Part shown: piece by piece, positions 34,220-43,267 of the stretch
How positions within the stretch are numbered: the stretch's first letter is position 1
Layout: every line of letters starts with the position of its first letter
From: Pseudonocardiaceae bacterium
GTDB lineage: Bacteria; Actinomycetota; Actinomycetes; Mycobacteriales; Pseudonocardiaceae
Assembly (NCBI GenBank): GCA_036505275.1
Contig: DASXTS010000392.1
Coordinates: 1-45,039 of the forward strand
DNA: 45,039 nt
Direction of reading: 5' to 3'
The notes under the pieces: model-generated
Seen by the model: only the letters and a program-made list of their open reading frames with translations
Database searches by the model: none
Told to the model about the DNA's origin: nothing
Made by a program: the position numbers and the translations under genes

Positions 34220-35038
34220 TCAGCGGCCGGCATTGCGCAGGGTGGCGCACTCGGCGGCGGCCGGCTCGTGCAGCGGCTCGGTGCCGAGTGCCCGCAGCAC
34301 CAGGCCGGCGACCAGCGGGTCGGTGGGCAGCTGCCCGTGTCCGGTGTGCGCGTCCGGGCAGACAGACTGCAGCTCGATGTTCACCGCGCCGGTCAGCCGC
34401 GCGGACTGCGGCGACACGGTCTCGTCCTCGGCGGTCCACACCGACAGCCAGGGCACCCGCGCGCCCAGGCCGGCACGCTCCAGCTCGCCCATCACGTCAC
34501 TGCCCGGTGCGAGCTGCCGGCAGGCCGGCGGGCACGACTCCGGGGCGAGCGCCGCGCCGACGCCGGCGAGTTGCACGCCGTGCAGCGGCGAGCCGAGGCT
34601 GATCACCCGGCGGGCCCGGCCGGTGTCAGGGGAGCGCGCCACCCACAGCCCGGCGACCACCCCGCCGGCCGAGAAGCCGACCACGTCGACCGACGGGGCG
34701 CCCGCGGCGATCGCGGCCTGCGCCGCGGCGTCCAGCACGGCGACCTGAGCGCCGAGGTCACCGGTGCCATCGCCCGGCAGGGTCAGCACCGTGGCCGCAC
34801 GCCCGGTCGCCGAGTGAATCCGGCCGGCGAGCACGATCAGCCCGTCGCGGCCACCGCCATAACCGGGCACGAGCAGCACGGGCCCGGGCCGGTCCGGCGC
34901 CGGCGGCCCGCCCCGGCCGGCCTCCGGACCATGCCCGCCGGACACCCGTTCGCCGGCCACGCGCACGCCGACCAGCACTGCGACCACCAGCAGCACGGCG
35001 GCCAGGCCGAGCACGAGCAGGCGCCGGCGGGGGCTCAC
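34220..35038 (-). CDS. membrane-anchored lipase-type alpha/beta hydrolase; the start is uncertain
   Basis: An N-terminal TM segment (LLVLGLAAVLLVVAVLVGV) is followed by VLLVPGYGG and a GFSAGG nucleophile elbow. GTG 35038 has TACCGT 8 nt upstream; ATG 35080 and ATG 35128 are alternatives. Confidence 0.7.
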   Translation of the reverse strand: MSPRRRLLVLGLAAVLLVVAVLVGVRVAGERVSGGHGPEAGRGGPPAPDRPGPVLLVPGYGGGRDGLIVLAGRIHSATGRAATVLTLPGDGTGDLGAQVAVLDAAAQAAIAAGAPSVDVVGFSAGGVVAGLWVARSPDTGRARRVISLGSPLHGVQLAGVGAALAPESCPPACRQLAPGSDVMGELERAGLGARVPWLSVWTAEDETVSPQSARLTGAVNIELQSVCPDAHTGHGQLPTDPLVAGLVLRALGTEPLHEPAAAECATLRNAGR

Positions 35039-35091
35039 GATGTACCACGGTAGGCGAGGCGCCGTCACCGCGGATGGCATGATGACGCAGC

Positions 35092-35355
35092 GTGAAGACC
35101 TTCGACGGGCTGTACGCCGAGCTCGCAACGCGGGCCCGCGACCGCCCGGCCGGCTCGGCGACCGTCGCAGCGCTGGACGCCGGGGTGCACGAGCAGGGCA
35201 AGAAGCTGCTCGAGGAGGCCGGCGAGGTGTGGCTGGCCGCCGAGCATGAACCGGACGACGCGCTGGCGCAGGAGATATCGCAGCTGCTCTTCCGGGTCCA
35301 GGTGATCATGCTCGGCCGCGGGCTGACCCTGGACGACGTCTACCGCCACCTGTAG
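35092..35355 (+). CDS. hisE: phosphoribosyl-ATP pyrophosphatase
   Basis: 87-aa MazG-like helix bundle (FDGLYAEL...[17 protein letters not shown]...) located directly upstream of hisG. Confidence 0.9.
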   Translation: MKTFDGLYAELATRARDRPAGSATVAALDAGVHEQGKKLLEEAGEVWLAAEHEPDDALAQEISQLLFRVQVIMLGRGLTLDDVYRHL

Positions 35356-35370
35356 GGAGAACCCGCGATC

Positions 35371-36216
35371 ATGTTGCGCGTCGCCGTGCCGAACAAGGGC
35401 ACGCTGGCTGGTCCGGCATCGGAGATGCTCGCCGAGGCCGGCTACCGGCAGCGGCACGAGAGCCGCGACCTCACCGTGCTCGACCCGGGCAACGACGTGG
35501 AGTTCTTCTTCCTGCGGCCGAAGGACATCGCGATCTACGTCGGGTCCGGCGAGCTCGACCTCGGCATCACCGGCCGCGACCTGGCGCTGGACTCCGGAGC
35601 CCCGGTCCGGGAGCGGCTCGCGCTCGGCTTTGGCGGCTCGGCGTTCCGCTACGCCGGACCGGAGGGCCATTCCTGGGACGTCGCCGCGCTCGGCGGTAGC
35701 CGGATCGCCACCGCCTACCCCCGGCTGGTCACCGCCGACCTGGCCCGGCACGGCGTGGTGGCCGAGGTCATCCGGCTGGACGGCGCCGTGGAGATCTCGG
35801 TGCAGCTCGGCGTCGCGGACGCCATCGCCGACGTGGTCGGCTCCGGACGCACCCTGCGCCAGCACGGGCTGGTGCCGTTCGGCGAGCCGATCTGCGTCTC
35901 GGAGGCGGTGCTCATCGACCGGGCGGACGCGCCGGACACACCGGAGAAGGCGCAGCTCGCGGCCCGCGTGCAGGGCGTGGTGTTCGCCCAGCAGTACCTC
36001 ATGCTCGACTACGACTGCCCACGCGAACTGCTCGACAAGGCCGTCGAGCTGACTCCAGGCCTGGAGTCGCCCACGGTCGCGCCGCTGGCCGAGCCGGACT
36101 GGGTCGCGGTCCGCGCCATGGTGCCGCGCAAGGATGCCAACCAGGTGATGGACGAGCTGCACGCATTGGGCGCCAAGGCCATCCTGGCCTCGGACATCCG
36201 CTCCTGCCGGCTGTAA
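35371..36216 (+). CDS. hisG: ATP phosphoribosyltransferase (long form)
   Basis: [11 protein letters not shown]...... at the N-terminus, ..GxDLGITGxD further on, and a C-terminal regulatory domain. The product is 281 aa. Confidence 0.9.
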   Translation: MLRVAVPNKGTLAGPASEMLAEAGYRQRHESRDLTVLDPGNDVEFFFLRPKDIAIYVGSGELDLGITGRDLALDSGAPVRERLALGFGGSAFRYAGPEGHSWDVAALGGSRIATAYPRLVTADLARHGVVAEVIRLDGAVEISVQLGVADAIADVVGSGRTLRQHGLVPFGEPICVSEAVLIDRADAPDTPEKAQLAARVQGVVFAQQYLMLDYDCPRELLDKAVELTPGLESPTVAPLAEPDWVAVRAMVPRKDANQVMDELHALGAKAILASDIRSCRL

Positions 36217-36220
36217 CGGG

Positions 36221-37573
36221 TCAGAGCCGCTGCAGTCGGATGGGCAGCCCATCGGATGGCGTCGGCATGCTCGTGTAGTCCAGCGGCATCTCATATTCCA
36301 CCGGCACCGTCCACCGGTGGGCCAGCAGGAGCTGATGCAGCACGGCCTTCACCTGTAGCGCGGCGAACCGCAGTCCAATGCACTTGTGCACACCGCCGCC
36401 GAACGGGAGCCACGCGTAGTTGTGCACCCGGTCCTCGCGGCGGTGCTCGGCGAACCGCTCCGGGTCGAACCGCTCCGGGTCCGGCCAGTACTCCGGCATG
36501 TGATGGATGAAGTGCGCAGACACCGTCACGAACGTGTCGGCCGGCACGAAGTAGCCAAGGATCTCGGTGTCTCGCACGGTCTTGCGTGCCATCGCCTGCA
36601 GCGGAGTGACCAGCCGCAGGCACTCCTTCATCACCAGGTCCAGCGAGACCAGGCGGTCCAGATTGTCGAGCGCGACGGCCTCCGTGCCGAGCGCTGCCGA
36701 CTCCTGCCGGGCCCGGTCCTGCCATGCCGGGTGCTTGGCCAGGTAGTACGCCATGGTGGTCAGCGTCATGGTGGTGGTGTCGTGCGCCGCCATCAGCAGG
36801 AAGATCATGTGGTTGATCACGTCGTCATCGCCGAAGCGGTGACCGTCCTCGCTGCGCGCCTGGCACAGCGCGGCGAACAGATCAGCCGCCGAGGCATGAG
36901 CTCGCTTCGCCGGCAGTTGTGCGCGCAGCAGTTCCTCCAGCAGCCGGCGCCCGCGCAGGCCGCGCGACCAACGCAGACCCGGCACCGGGAACCGCACATA
37001 GGCCGTGCCGGCCCGGACCGCGTCGATGAACGCCCGGTTCACGCGCTCGGCCCGCGGGCCCAGCTCGCCGCCGGTGAACGTGCGGGTGGCCAGGTCGAGG
37101 GTGAGCTTCTTGAACGCCCGGTGCGCCCGAAGGGGCGCGCCGGCGGCCGTGCTGCCGAATGACACGATGCCGGCGGCGATGGCCGGATTCATCGTGTCGA
37201 GGTAGCTCGCCAGCCGCTCCCGGGTGAACGCCTGCTGCATGATCCGCCGGTGGTGCAGGTGTTCCTCGAAGTCCAGCAGCATGATGCCGCGGCGGAAGAA
37301 CGGGCCGATGAAGTACTCCCAGCCGCGCCCATTGGAGAACGCTTTGTCCCGGTTGACCAGCACTCGCTCGACGGCGTCCGGGCCGGCGGCGGACACCAGC
37401 CGGATGCCGAACGTGTTGGTCCACGCCACCGGGCCGTACCGGTCGTAGAAGTATCGGCTCCAGCCCAGCGGGTCATGCATGAAGTGCAGCGTGTGACCGA
37501 TGATGGGCGGCCCCGCCTCACCGGGGACCGCCCGCAGGTCGCCCGCTGGCGCTGTCAGATACGCGGCACGCAT
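36221..37573 (-). CDS. cytochrome P450
   Basis: Heme loop FGGGVHKCIGLRFA and AAHDTT in the I-helix. I prefer the start at ATG 37573 because it avoids overlapping the upstream gene. Confidence 0.85.
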   Translation of the reverse strand: MRAAYLTAPAGDLRAVPGEAGPPIIGHTLHFMHDPLGWSRYFYDRYGPVAWTNTFGIRLVSAAGPDAVERVLVNRDKAFSNGRGWEYFIGPFFRRGIMLLDFEEHLHHRRIMQQAFTRERLASYLDTMNPAIAAGIVSFGSTAAGAPLRAHRAFKKLTLDLATRTFTGGELGPRAERVNRAFIDAVRAGTAYVRFPVPGLRWSRGLRGRRLLEELLRAQLPAKRAHASAADLFAALCQARSEDGHRFGDDDVINHMIFLLMAAHDTTTMTLTTMAYYLAKHPAWQDRARQESAALGTEAVALDNLDRLVSLDLVMKECLRLVTPLQAMARKTVRDTEILGYFVPADTFVTVSAHFIHHMPEYWPDPERFDPERFAEHRREDRVHNYAWLPFGGGVHKCIGLRFAALQVKAVLHQLLLAHRWTVPVEYEMPLDYTSMPTPSDGLPIRLQRL

Positions 37574-37595
37574 GGCGGGACCGCCCATGCGGCGG

Positions 37596-38843
37596 TCACC
37601 GGTTGACCTGCTCCCGGCTGAACCCCGCCGCGGTGGCATAGCCCTTGAGAATGGCCTGGCGCTGGGAATGGCTGATGACGTCGTCGACGTCCGCGAAGCC
37701 GTCCGGGGCGAGGCGCTCGACCACGTCGATGACGCCTTCGGGGCCGCCGGTGCGGTTCATGTGCACGATCTGCGCCGTCATCTGGAGCCGCTCGTCCTCG
37801 TACGCCTTGAGCGCGGCCGGCACGTCGCCGGTTCCGGAGATCTCGGACAGCAGCCGGGCAAGGCAGCGGGCGTCCAGAATGGCCTGGCTGGCGCCATTGG
37901 ACCCCATCGGGTACATCGGGTGCGCTGCGTCGCCGAGCAGGGTCATCCGGCCGAAGCTCCAGGCCGGCAGCGGATCACGGTCGCACATCGGGTACTCGAA
38001 GAACTCCGGTGTGGCAGCGACCAGGGCCGGCAGATCGAGCTGGCTGATGTTGAACCGGGCCAGGTGTGGCGCGAGCTCGTCCCACTGGCCGGGCCTTGCC
38101 CAGTTCTCGCGCCGCGGCGGCACGGCGCCCGGCTCGGCGATCTGCGCGCACACCGCCCAGTTCGTCAGCCGGGTATCCGGGGTGGCGCCCGGCCCGATCG
38201 GGTACAGCACCAGCTTCGCCGCGGTGCCACCGGCAATGATCATCGAACGGCCGGTGAGGAACTTCGGCCACTCGTGCGCGCCGCGCCACATCATCACGCC
38301 GTTCCAGCGTGGTGGGCCCTCGTTCGGGTACAGCAACGCCCGCGCTGTCGAGTGGATGCCGTCGGCGGCCACCAGCGCATCGCCCTCGACCTCGGCCAGC
38401 GGGGCGTCGTCCCGGTCCACGAAGCGCGCCCGCACCCAGCGAGCGTCCTGCTCGAACCCGACCAGCCGATGCCCGACGTGCACCGCGTCGTCGCCCAGCC
38501 GCTGCCGCACCGCCTGGTTGAGCACGCCCTGCAGCCGGCCGCGGTGCAGCGACAACTGCGGCACCGCATACCCGGCGTCCAACCCGCGCAGCTCCCGCCA
38601 GATCTGCTGCCCGAACCGGTTTGTCATGATCAGCTCGTACGTTCGGATGCTGACCGCATCCAAGGCGGGCAGCAGCCCAAGGTCGGCCAGCTCCTTGATC
38701 GCGTTGGGCAGGGTGTTGATCCCCACCCCCAGCTCGCGGATGTTGCCGCTCTGCTCGTACAGCTCGCACTCGATGCCCCGCTCATGCAGGCACAGCGCGG
38801 TGGTCAACCCGCCGATCCCGCATCCGACGATCAGCACCTTCAT
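37596..38843 (-). CDS. FAD-dependent aromatic-ring hydroxylase-type monooxygenase
   Basis: N-terminal KVLIVGCGIGGL Rossmann motif, plus GDALVAADG and LLGDAAHPMYP motifs typical of class A flavoprotein monooxygenases. Confidence 0.85.
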   Translation of the reverse strand: MKVLIVGCGIGGLTTALCLHERGIECELYEQSGNIRELGVGINTLPNAIKELADLGLLPALDAVSIRTYELIMTNRFGQQIWRELRGLDAGYAVPQLSLHRGRLQGVLNQAVRQRLGDDAVHVGHRLVGFEQDARWVRARFVDRDDAPLAEVEGDALVAADGIHSTARALLYPNEGPPRWNGVMMWRGAHEWPKFLTGRSMIIAGGTAAKLVLYPIGPGATPDTRLTNWAVCAQIAEPGAVPPRRENWARPGQWDELAPHLARFNISQLDLPALVAATPEFFEYPMCDRDPLPAWSFGRMTLLGDAAHPMYPMGSNGASQAILDARCLARLLSEISGTGDVPAALKAYEDERLQMTAQIVHMNRTGGPEGVIDVVERLAPDGFADVDDVISHSQRQAILKGYATAAGFSREQVNR

Positions 38844-38900
38844 CGGTCACAGTCCGTTTCTTGTCGCTCGCTCGCCTCGTCGGCTCTGGCCCGCGATCGT

Positions 38901-39680
38901 TCAGCGGGCGCGTACCGTGAGAATCTGCGCGCTGCTACCGACCGCACCGTCCCGGTCGTGCAGGGTAGCCGTGGCCACCGCGGCTCCGGTAGGGCCGATT
39001 ACCGTGTTGGCTTCAACGCCGACCCAGTCGCCTCGGGGCATCCGGTGCAGGTGAACGGTGAGGTCGGTGTTCGGGAACAACCAGCGCGCAGGGTCGAGCC
39101 TGGCCGACATCCCGCTGGCCGAGTCGGCGACCGTCAGGAGTCGGCACAGCCCGTCGGTCGGCTCGCCGGCCACCAGCTCGAACCGGGGGCGAGCCCACGC
39201 CGCGCCGGCCCCCGGCTCGTCCCACGAGCCGTGCAGCCAGCGCCAGTCGATCGAGCTGAGGTAGCCGCCCACCATCCAGGATGCCGGCAGCGGACGGGGT
39301 CCGCCGGCCTCCGGCGGTGGCAGTGGCTCCGGGGTGCCGCCGGCCAGCTCGCCGGTGTCCGTGCGGATCAGCCGCCAACCGGTGGCCCGGGCCGCCACGA
39401 TGCTGCCGGCGGAGAGCTCCGCGCCGATCAGCTCGATCGTGCGGCCCGGGCGCAGCACGGTCGCGGTGACCCGCACCTCGGCCCGCGGCACGGGGCCGAG
39501 GATGTCCACGGTGAGCTTGGCCAGCGCGGTGTCCTCCCGCGGCGAGCAGCGCAGCATTGCCCGAGCCAGCAGCGCGGACGGCGGACCCATGTGCTGCACG
39601 CCGTCCGCCCACGGGCCGACGGTGTGCCCGGTCGCCACGAACCGGTCATCGCCGACCGGCAGGTAGTAGGCGTCCGTCAT
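38901..39680 (-). CDS. thioesterase-superfamily (double hotdog, TesB-like) protein
   Basis: 259 aa, with an N-terminus ...GPW....QHMGPPSALLARA typical of the acyl-CoA thioesterase-like family. Confidence 0.7.
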   Translation of the reverse strand: MTDAYYLPVGDDRFVATGHTVGPWADGVQHMGPPSALLARAMLRCSPREDTALAKLTVDILGPVPRAEVRVTATVLRPGRTIELIGAELSAGSIVAARATGWRLIRTDTGELAGGTPEPLPPPEAGGPRPLPASWMVGGYLSSIDWRWLHGSWDEPGAGAAWARPRFELVAGEPTDGLCRLLTVADSASGMSARLDPARWLFPNTDLTVHLHRMPRGDWVGVEANTVIGPTGAAVATATLHDRDGAVGSSAQILTVRAR

Positions 39681-39684
39681 CTCG

Positions 39685-39726
39685 TTCGGCCCTGATTCAT
39701 TCGGCCCTGATTATTCGGCCCTGTCC
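39685..39726. repeat. 3 x 14-15 bp tandem repeat TTCGGCCCTGAT(TC/T)A spanning the nuclease stop codon
   Basis: Read directly: ttcggccctgattca ttcggccctgatta ttcggccctgtcc. Confidence 0.85.
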
Positions 39727-40691
39727 AGCGGGGTCTCCCGGCCGGCGTCGGGCAGCACCCCGTCGGACGGCCAGCCGGGGTACGGCGGCGGCGTGCCGCC
39801 GAACTCCGGACAGATCGCCCGATGGTGGCAGTAGTCGCACATGCCGCTTCGCCGCGGGCGGAAATCGCCGGTGCGGCCGGCCTTGAGGATCGCGGTCCAG
39901 ATCGCGCTCAGGGTGCGCTCGAAGCGGCGCAGTTCGGCCTCGTCGGGGCTGTAGGTGAGCAGCTGACGGTCGGCCAGGTAGATCAGCCGGAGCTGCCGGG
40001 GCACCACGCCACGGGTGCGCCACAGCACGACCGCATAGAACTTCATCTGGAACAACGCCCGCGCCTCGCCGACCTCGCGGGGCGCCGCACCAGTCTTGTA
40101 GTCCACCACCCTGATCTCGCCGGTCGGCGCGACGTCGAGCCGGTCGATGTAGCCGCGCAGCAACACCGGGTCGCCGCCGTCCTCGGCGGGCTCCAACTCC
40201 GCCTCCACGAGCAGCTCGCACGCCTCCGGCCGCAGCCGGCGGGGGTCTTCCAGGACGAAGTAGGACTCCAGCAGGTCGCGCGCGGAGGCCAGCCAAGCGG
40301 CGGCGTGCTCGGCGGTGTCCGTGGCGTCCGGTTCGGCGGCCTGCTCCGGGGTGGTGTCCGCCCAGTCGCCCTCGGAGAAGAGCGCCGCCAGCTCCGGCTC
40401 GGCGGCCAGCAGATCGCGCCAGACCGGCTCCAGCAGCTCCTGGGCCCTGGCCGGCACCCGCTCCTCGGCCGGCAGCGCGTACAGCCGCTCCAGCACGGCA
40501 TGCACCACGGTGCCGCGCACCGCGATTGGGCTCGGCAACTCGGGGATCCGGTCCACCACCCGGAACCGGTACAGCAGCGGGCACTGCTTGAAGTCGCCGG
40601 CGCGGGACGGCGACAGCGCCGGCTGACGCCGGGCGGCAGGCTCGGATCCGGCGTGCTCTGCCGCCGCCAGGTCTTCGCTCGCCAGCGCCAT
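39711..40691 (-). CDS. RecB-family PD-(D/E)XK nuclease with a Cas4/AddB-type Cys cluster (Rv2119-like)
   Basis: One N-terminal Cys (FKQCPLLY), a GYIDRLD...VVDYKTG nuclease core and a C-terminal CDYCHHRAIC. Confidence 0.8.
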   Translation of the reverse strand: MALASEDLAAAEHAGSEPAARRQPALSPSRAGDFKQCPLLYRFRVVDRIPELPSPIAVRGTVVHAVLERLYALPAEERVPARAQELLEPVWRDLLAAEPELAALFSEGDWADTTPEQAAEPDATDTAEHAAAWLASARDLLESYFVLEDPRRLRPEACELLVEAELEPAEDGGDPVLLRGYIDRLDVAPTGEIRVVDYKTGAAPREVGEARALFQMKFYAVVLWRTRGVVPRQLRLIYLADRQLLTYSPDEAELRRFERTLSAIWTAILKAGRTGDFRPRRSGMCDYCHHRAICPEFGGTPPPYPGWPSDGVLPDAGRETPLDRAE

Positions 40692-40697
40692 GCCGCA

Positions 40698-40703
40698 AGG
40701 TTA
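40698..40703 (-). promoter_or_regulatory. -10 hexamer TAACCT for the leaderless nuclease gene
   Basis: Minus strand: aaTAACCT-tgcggc-ATG, giving a 6-nt spacer to ATG 40691. Confidence 0.4.
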
Positions 40704-40748
40704 TTGGAGGGCACCGACAGAACCCCCGGCGCCGCGCGGGGCACCGGG

Positions 40749-40794
40749 GTCGTGAGTGGCAAATGGTGCTCCAACACCAATTGCCAGTCACAGG
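40749..40794. repeat. 46-bp inverted-repeat element, copy 3 (17-bp arms with 2 mismatches)
   Basis: GTCGTGAGTGGCAAATGGTG-ctccaa-CACCAATTGCCAGTCACAGG. The first 18 nt are identical to copy 1. Confidence 0.85.
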
Positions 40795-40800
40795 CAGCCG

Positions 40801-40806
40801 TAGGCT
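40801..40806 (+). promoter_or_regulatory. -10 hexamer TAGGCT for the leaderless M50 protease gene
   Basis: ccgTAGGCT-gcccctc-ATG, giving a 7-nt spacer to ATG 40814. Confidence 0.5.
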
Positions 40807-40813
40807 GCCCCTC

Positions 40814-41932
40814 ATGATGGACGCCGGCGACGGCGAGCTGCGGGTGGCCCGGGTGTTCGGGGTGCCGGTGCTGCTCAGCCCGTCCTGGTGGCTCGGCGCG
40901 CTGGTGATCACGGTGGCCTACCTGCCGGTGGTGCGGGCCGTGCTGCCGGACGTCGACGACCTGGCCGCGCTGGCCGTCGCGGTGGGCATGGCCGTGCTGC
41001 TCGCCGCGTCGGTGCTGGCCCACGAGTTGGGACACTGCGCGGTCGCGTTGCGGCTCGGGCTGCCGGTGCGGCGGGTGCGGCTGTTCCTGCTCGGCGGGGT
41101 GTCGGAGCTGGCCAGGCCGCCGCTTCGGCCACGGGACGATGCGCTGATCGCGGCGGCCGGTCCGGCGGTGTCGGTGGCCGTCGCGGCGCTCGCGGCCGCG
41201 GTCGCGGTCGCCGCGGACCCCGGGACCGTGGAATGGCTGCTCGCCGTCCAGCTCGCGATCACCAACGCCGTGGTGGCGGCGTTCAACCTGCTGCCCGGCC
41301 TGCCGCTGGACGGCGGCCGGATACTGCGCGCCGCGGTGTGGTCGGCCACCGGCAACCGCGGGCTCGGCAGCCGCGGTGCCGCCGTCGGCGGCGTGCTGGT
41401 CGGCGTCCTTCTGGTGGGCTGGGGCCTCGCCGCGCTCGGCAGCGGCGCGCCAGGGTCGTGGTTGCAGTTCGGCGTCGCCGCGCTGATGGCGTGGTATGTG
41501 CTGGCCGGGGCGTTCGCCGAGCTCGGCCGGCAGCGCCGGCCGGCGGCCGCGGTGCCGCTGATCGGCCTGGTGCAGCCGCTACTGCAGCTGCCTGCGGAGA
41601 GCCCGATCTCCGACGCGCTGTACGCGGCGGCTGGCCGCGGTGTGCTGCTGGTGCGGCCGGACGGGGTGGCCGCCGGCCTGCTCGACCCTCGGGCCGCGGC
41701 CGAGCTGGCCGGACACGCGCCGCTGGCGCCGGCCGGTGGCGCCGCCCACCCGGTGGCGCCGGACGCCGTGCTGCTGGACTCCGAGCTGCGCGGTGACCCC
41801 GCGGCCGCGCTCGAGCGCCTGCAGGCCAGCCCTGCTTGGCAGTTCCTGGTGGTCGACGCCGACGGCCGGCCGGCCGGAGTGCTGCGCCGGGCCGACGTGT
41901 ACGCCACCCTTGCCGAGCACCGCCGCTGGTAA
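40814..41932 (+). CDS. M50 (site-2 protease family) membrane metallopeptidase with a C-terminal CBS-like region
   Basis: HELGH zinc motif within a TM helix and a second motif NLLPGLPLDGG. The C-terminal soluble region ends in ...FLVVDADGRPAGVLRRADV (CBS-like). Confidence 0.8.
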   Translation: MMDAGDGELRVARVFGVPVLLSPSWWLGALVITVAYLPVVRAVLPDVDDLAALAVAVGMAVLLAASVLAHELGHCAVALRLGLPVRRVRLFLLGGVSELARPPLRPRDDALIAAAGPAVSVAVAALAAAVAVAADPGTVEWLLAVQLAITNAVVAAFNLLPGLPLDGGRILRAAVWSATGNRGLGSRGAAVGGVLVGVLLVGWGLAALGSGAPGSWLQFGVAALMAWYVLAGAFAELGRQRRPAAAVPLIGLVQPLLQLPAESPISDALYAAAGRGVLLVRPDGVAAGLLDPRAAAELAGHAPLAPAGGAAHPVAPDAVLLDSELRGDPAAALERLQASPAWQFLVVDADGRPAGVLRRADVYATLAEHRRW

Positions 41933-42826
<894 letters not shown>

Positions 42827-42890
42827 CGCCGGTCACTGCGTGCCTGTGCCGGCGGGTAATCATCCGATTGGCCTAATCAACGCCGCCTCC

Positions 42891-42917
42891 GGCCGTGCGG
42901 GCGGGCTCCGCACGGCC
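42891..42917 (+). terminator. GC hairpin GGCCGTGCGG-gcgggct-CCGCACGGCC downstream of trmI
   Basis: Perfect 10-bp stem with a 7-nt loop, 65 nt after the trmI stop. There is no U-tract. Confidence 0.35.
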
Positions 42918-43267
42918 GCGGACCTCCGCCACCCGGTGGCCGAGACGGCGCCCGCGAGCATGCCCGACCGGCCGCACGAACCAGCGCCTTCGACCCGTCC
43001 CAGGGCCGCTGCCAGCGAAAGCAGCGTGCGGATTGGTGGGCGGCGCCGGTATCACAGGGCCCGGCCGGACGCACTGTAATCAGCGTCAAGCCCTGGACCG
43101 GCACCGCGTTGGCCTAACAAGCCGACGGCGGGAGCCGATAACGGGGTGATGCCAACCGGACAGCTTCTGTTAGACAGCACACAACCTGGCGTTTCACAAG
43201 CTCCATGTTGTGGTAGATGCCCGGTACCGTTGAAAGGACCGGGAGAGCGACGGGAGGAGGTGCCGAC

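Noticed and set aside
37500-39695. A 731-aa plus-strand ORF.
   Set aside because: It is antisense to the FAD monooxygenase and thioesterase genes, both of which have clear family motifs. The composition is that of a shadow frame.
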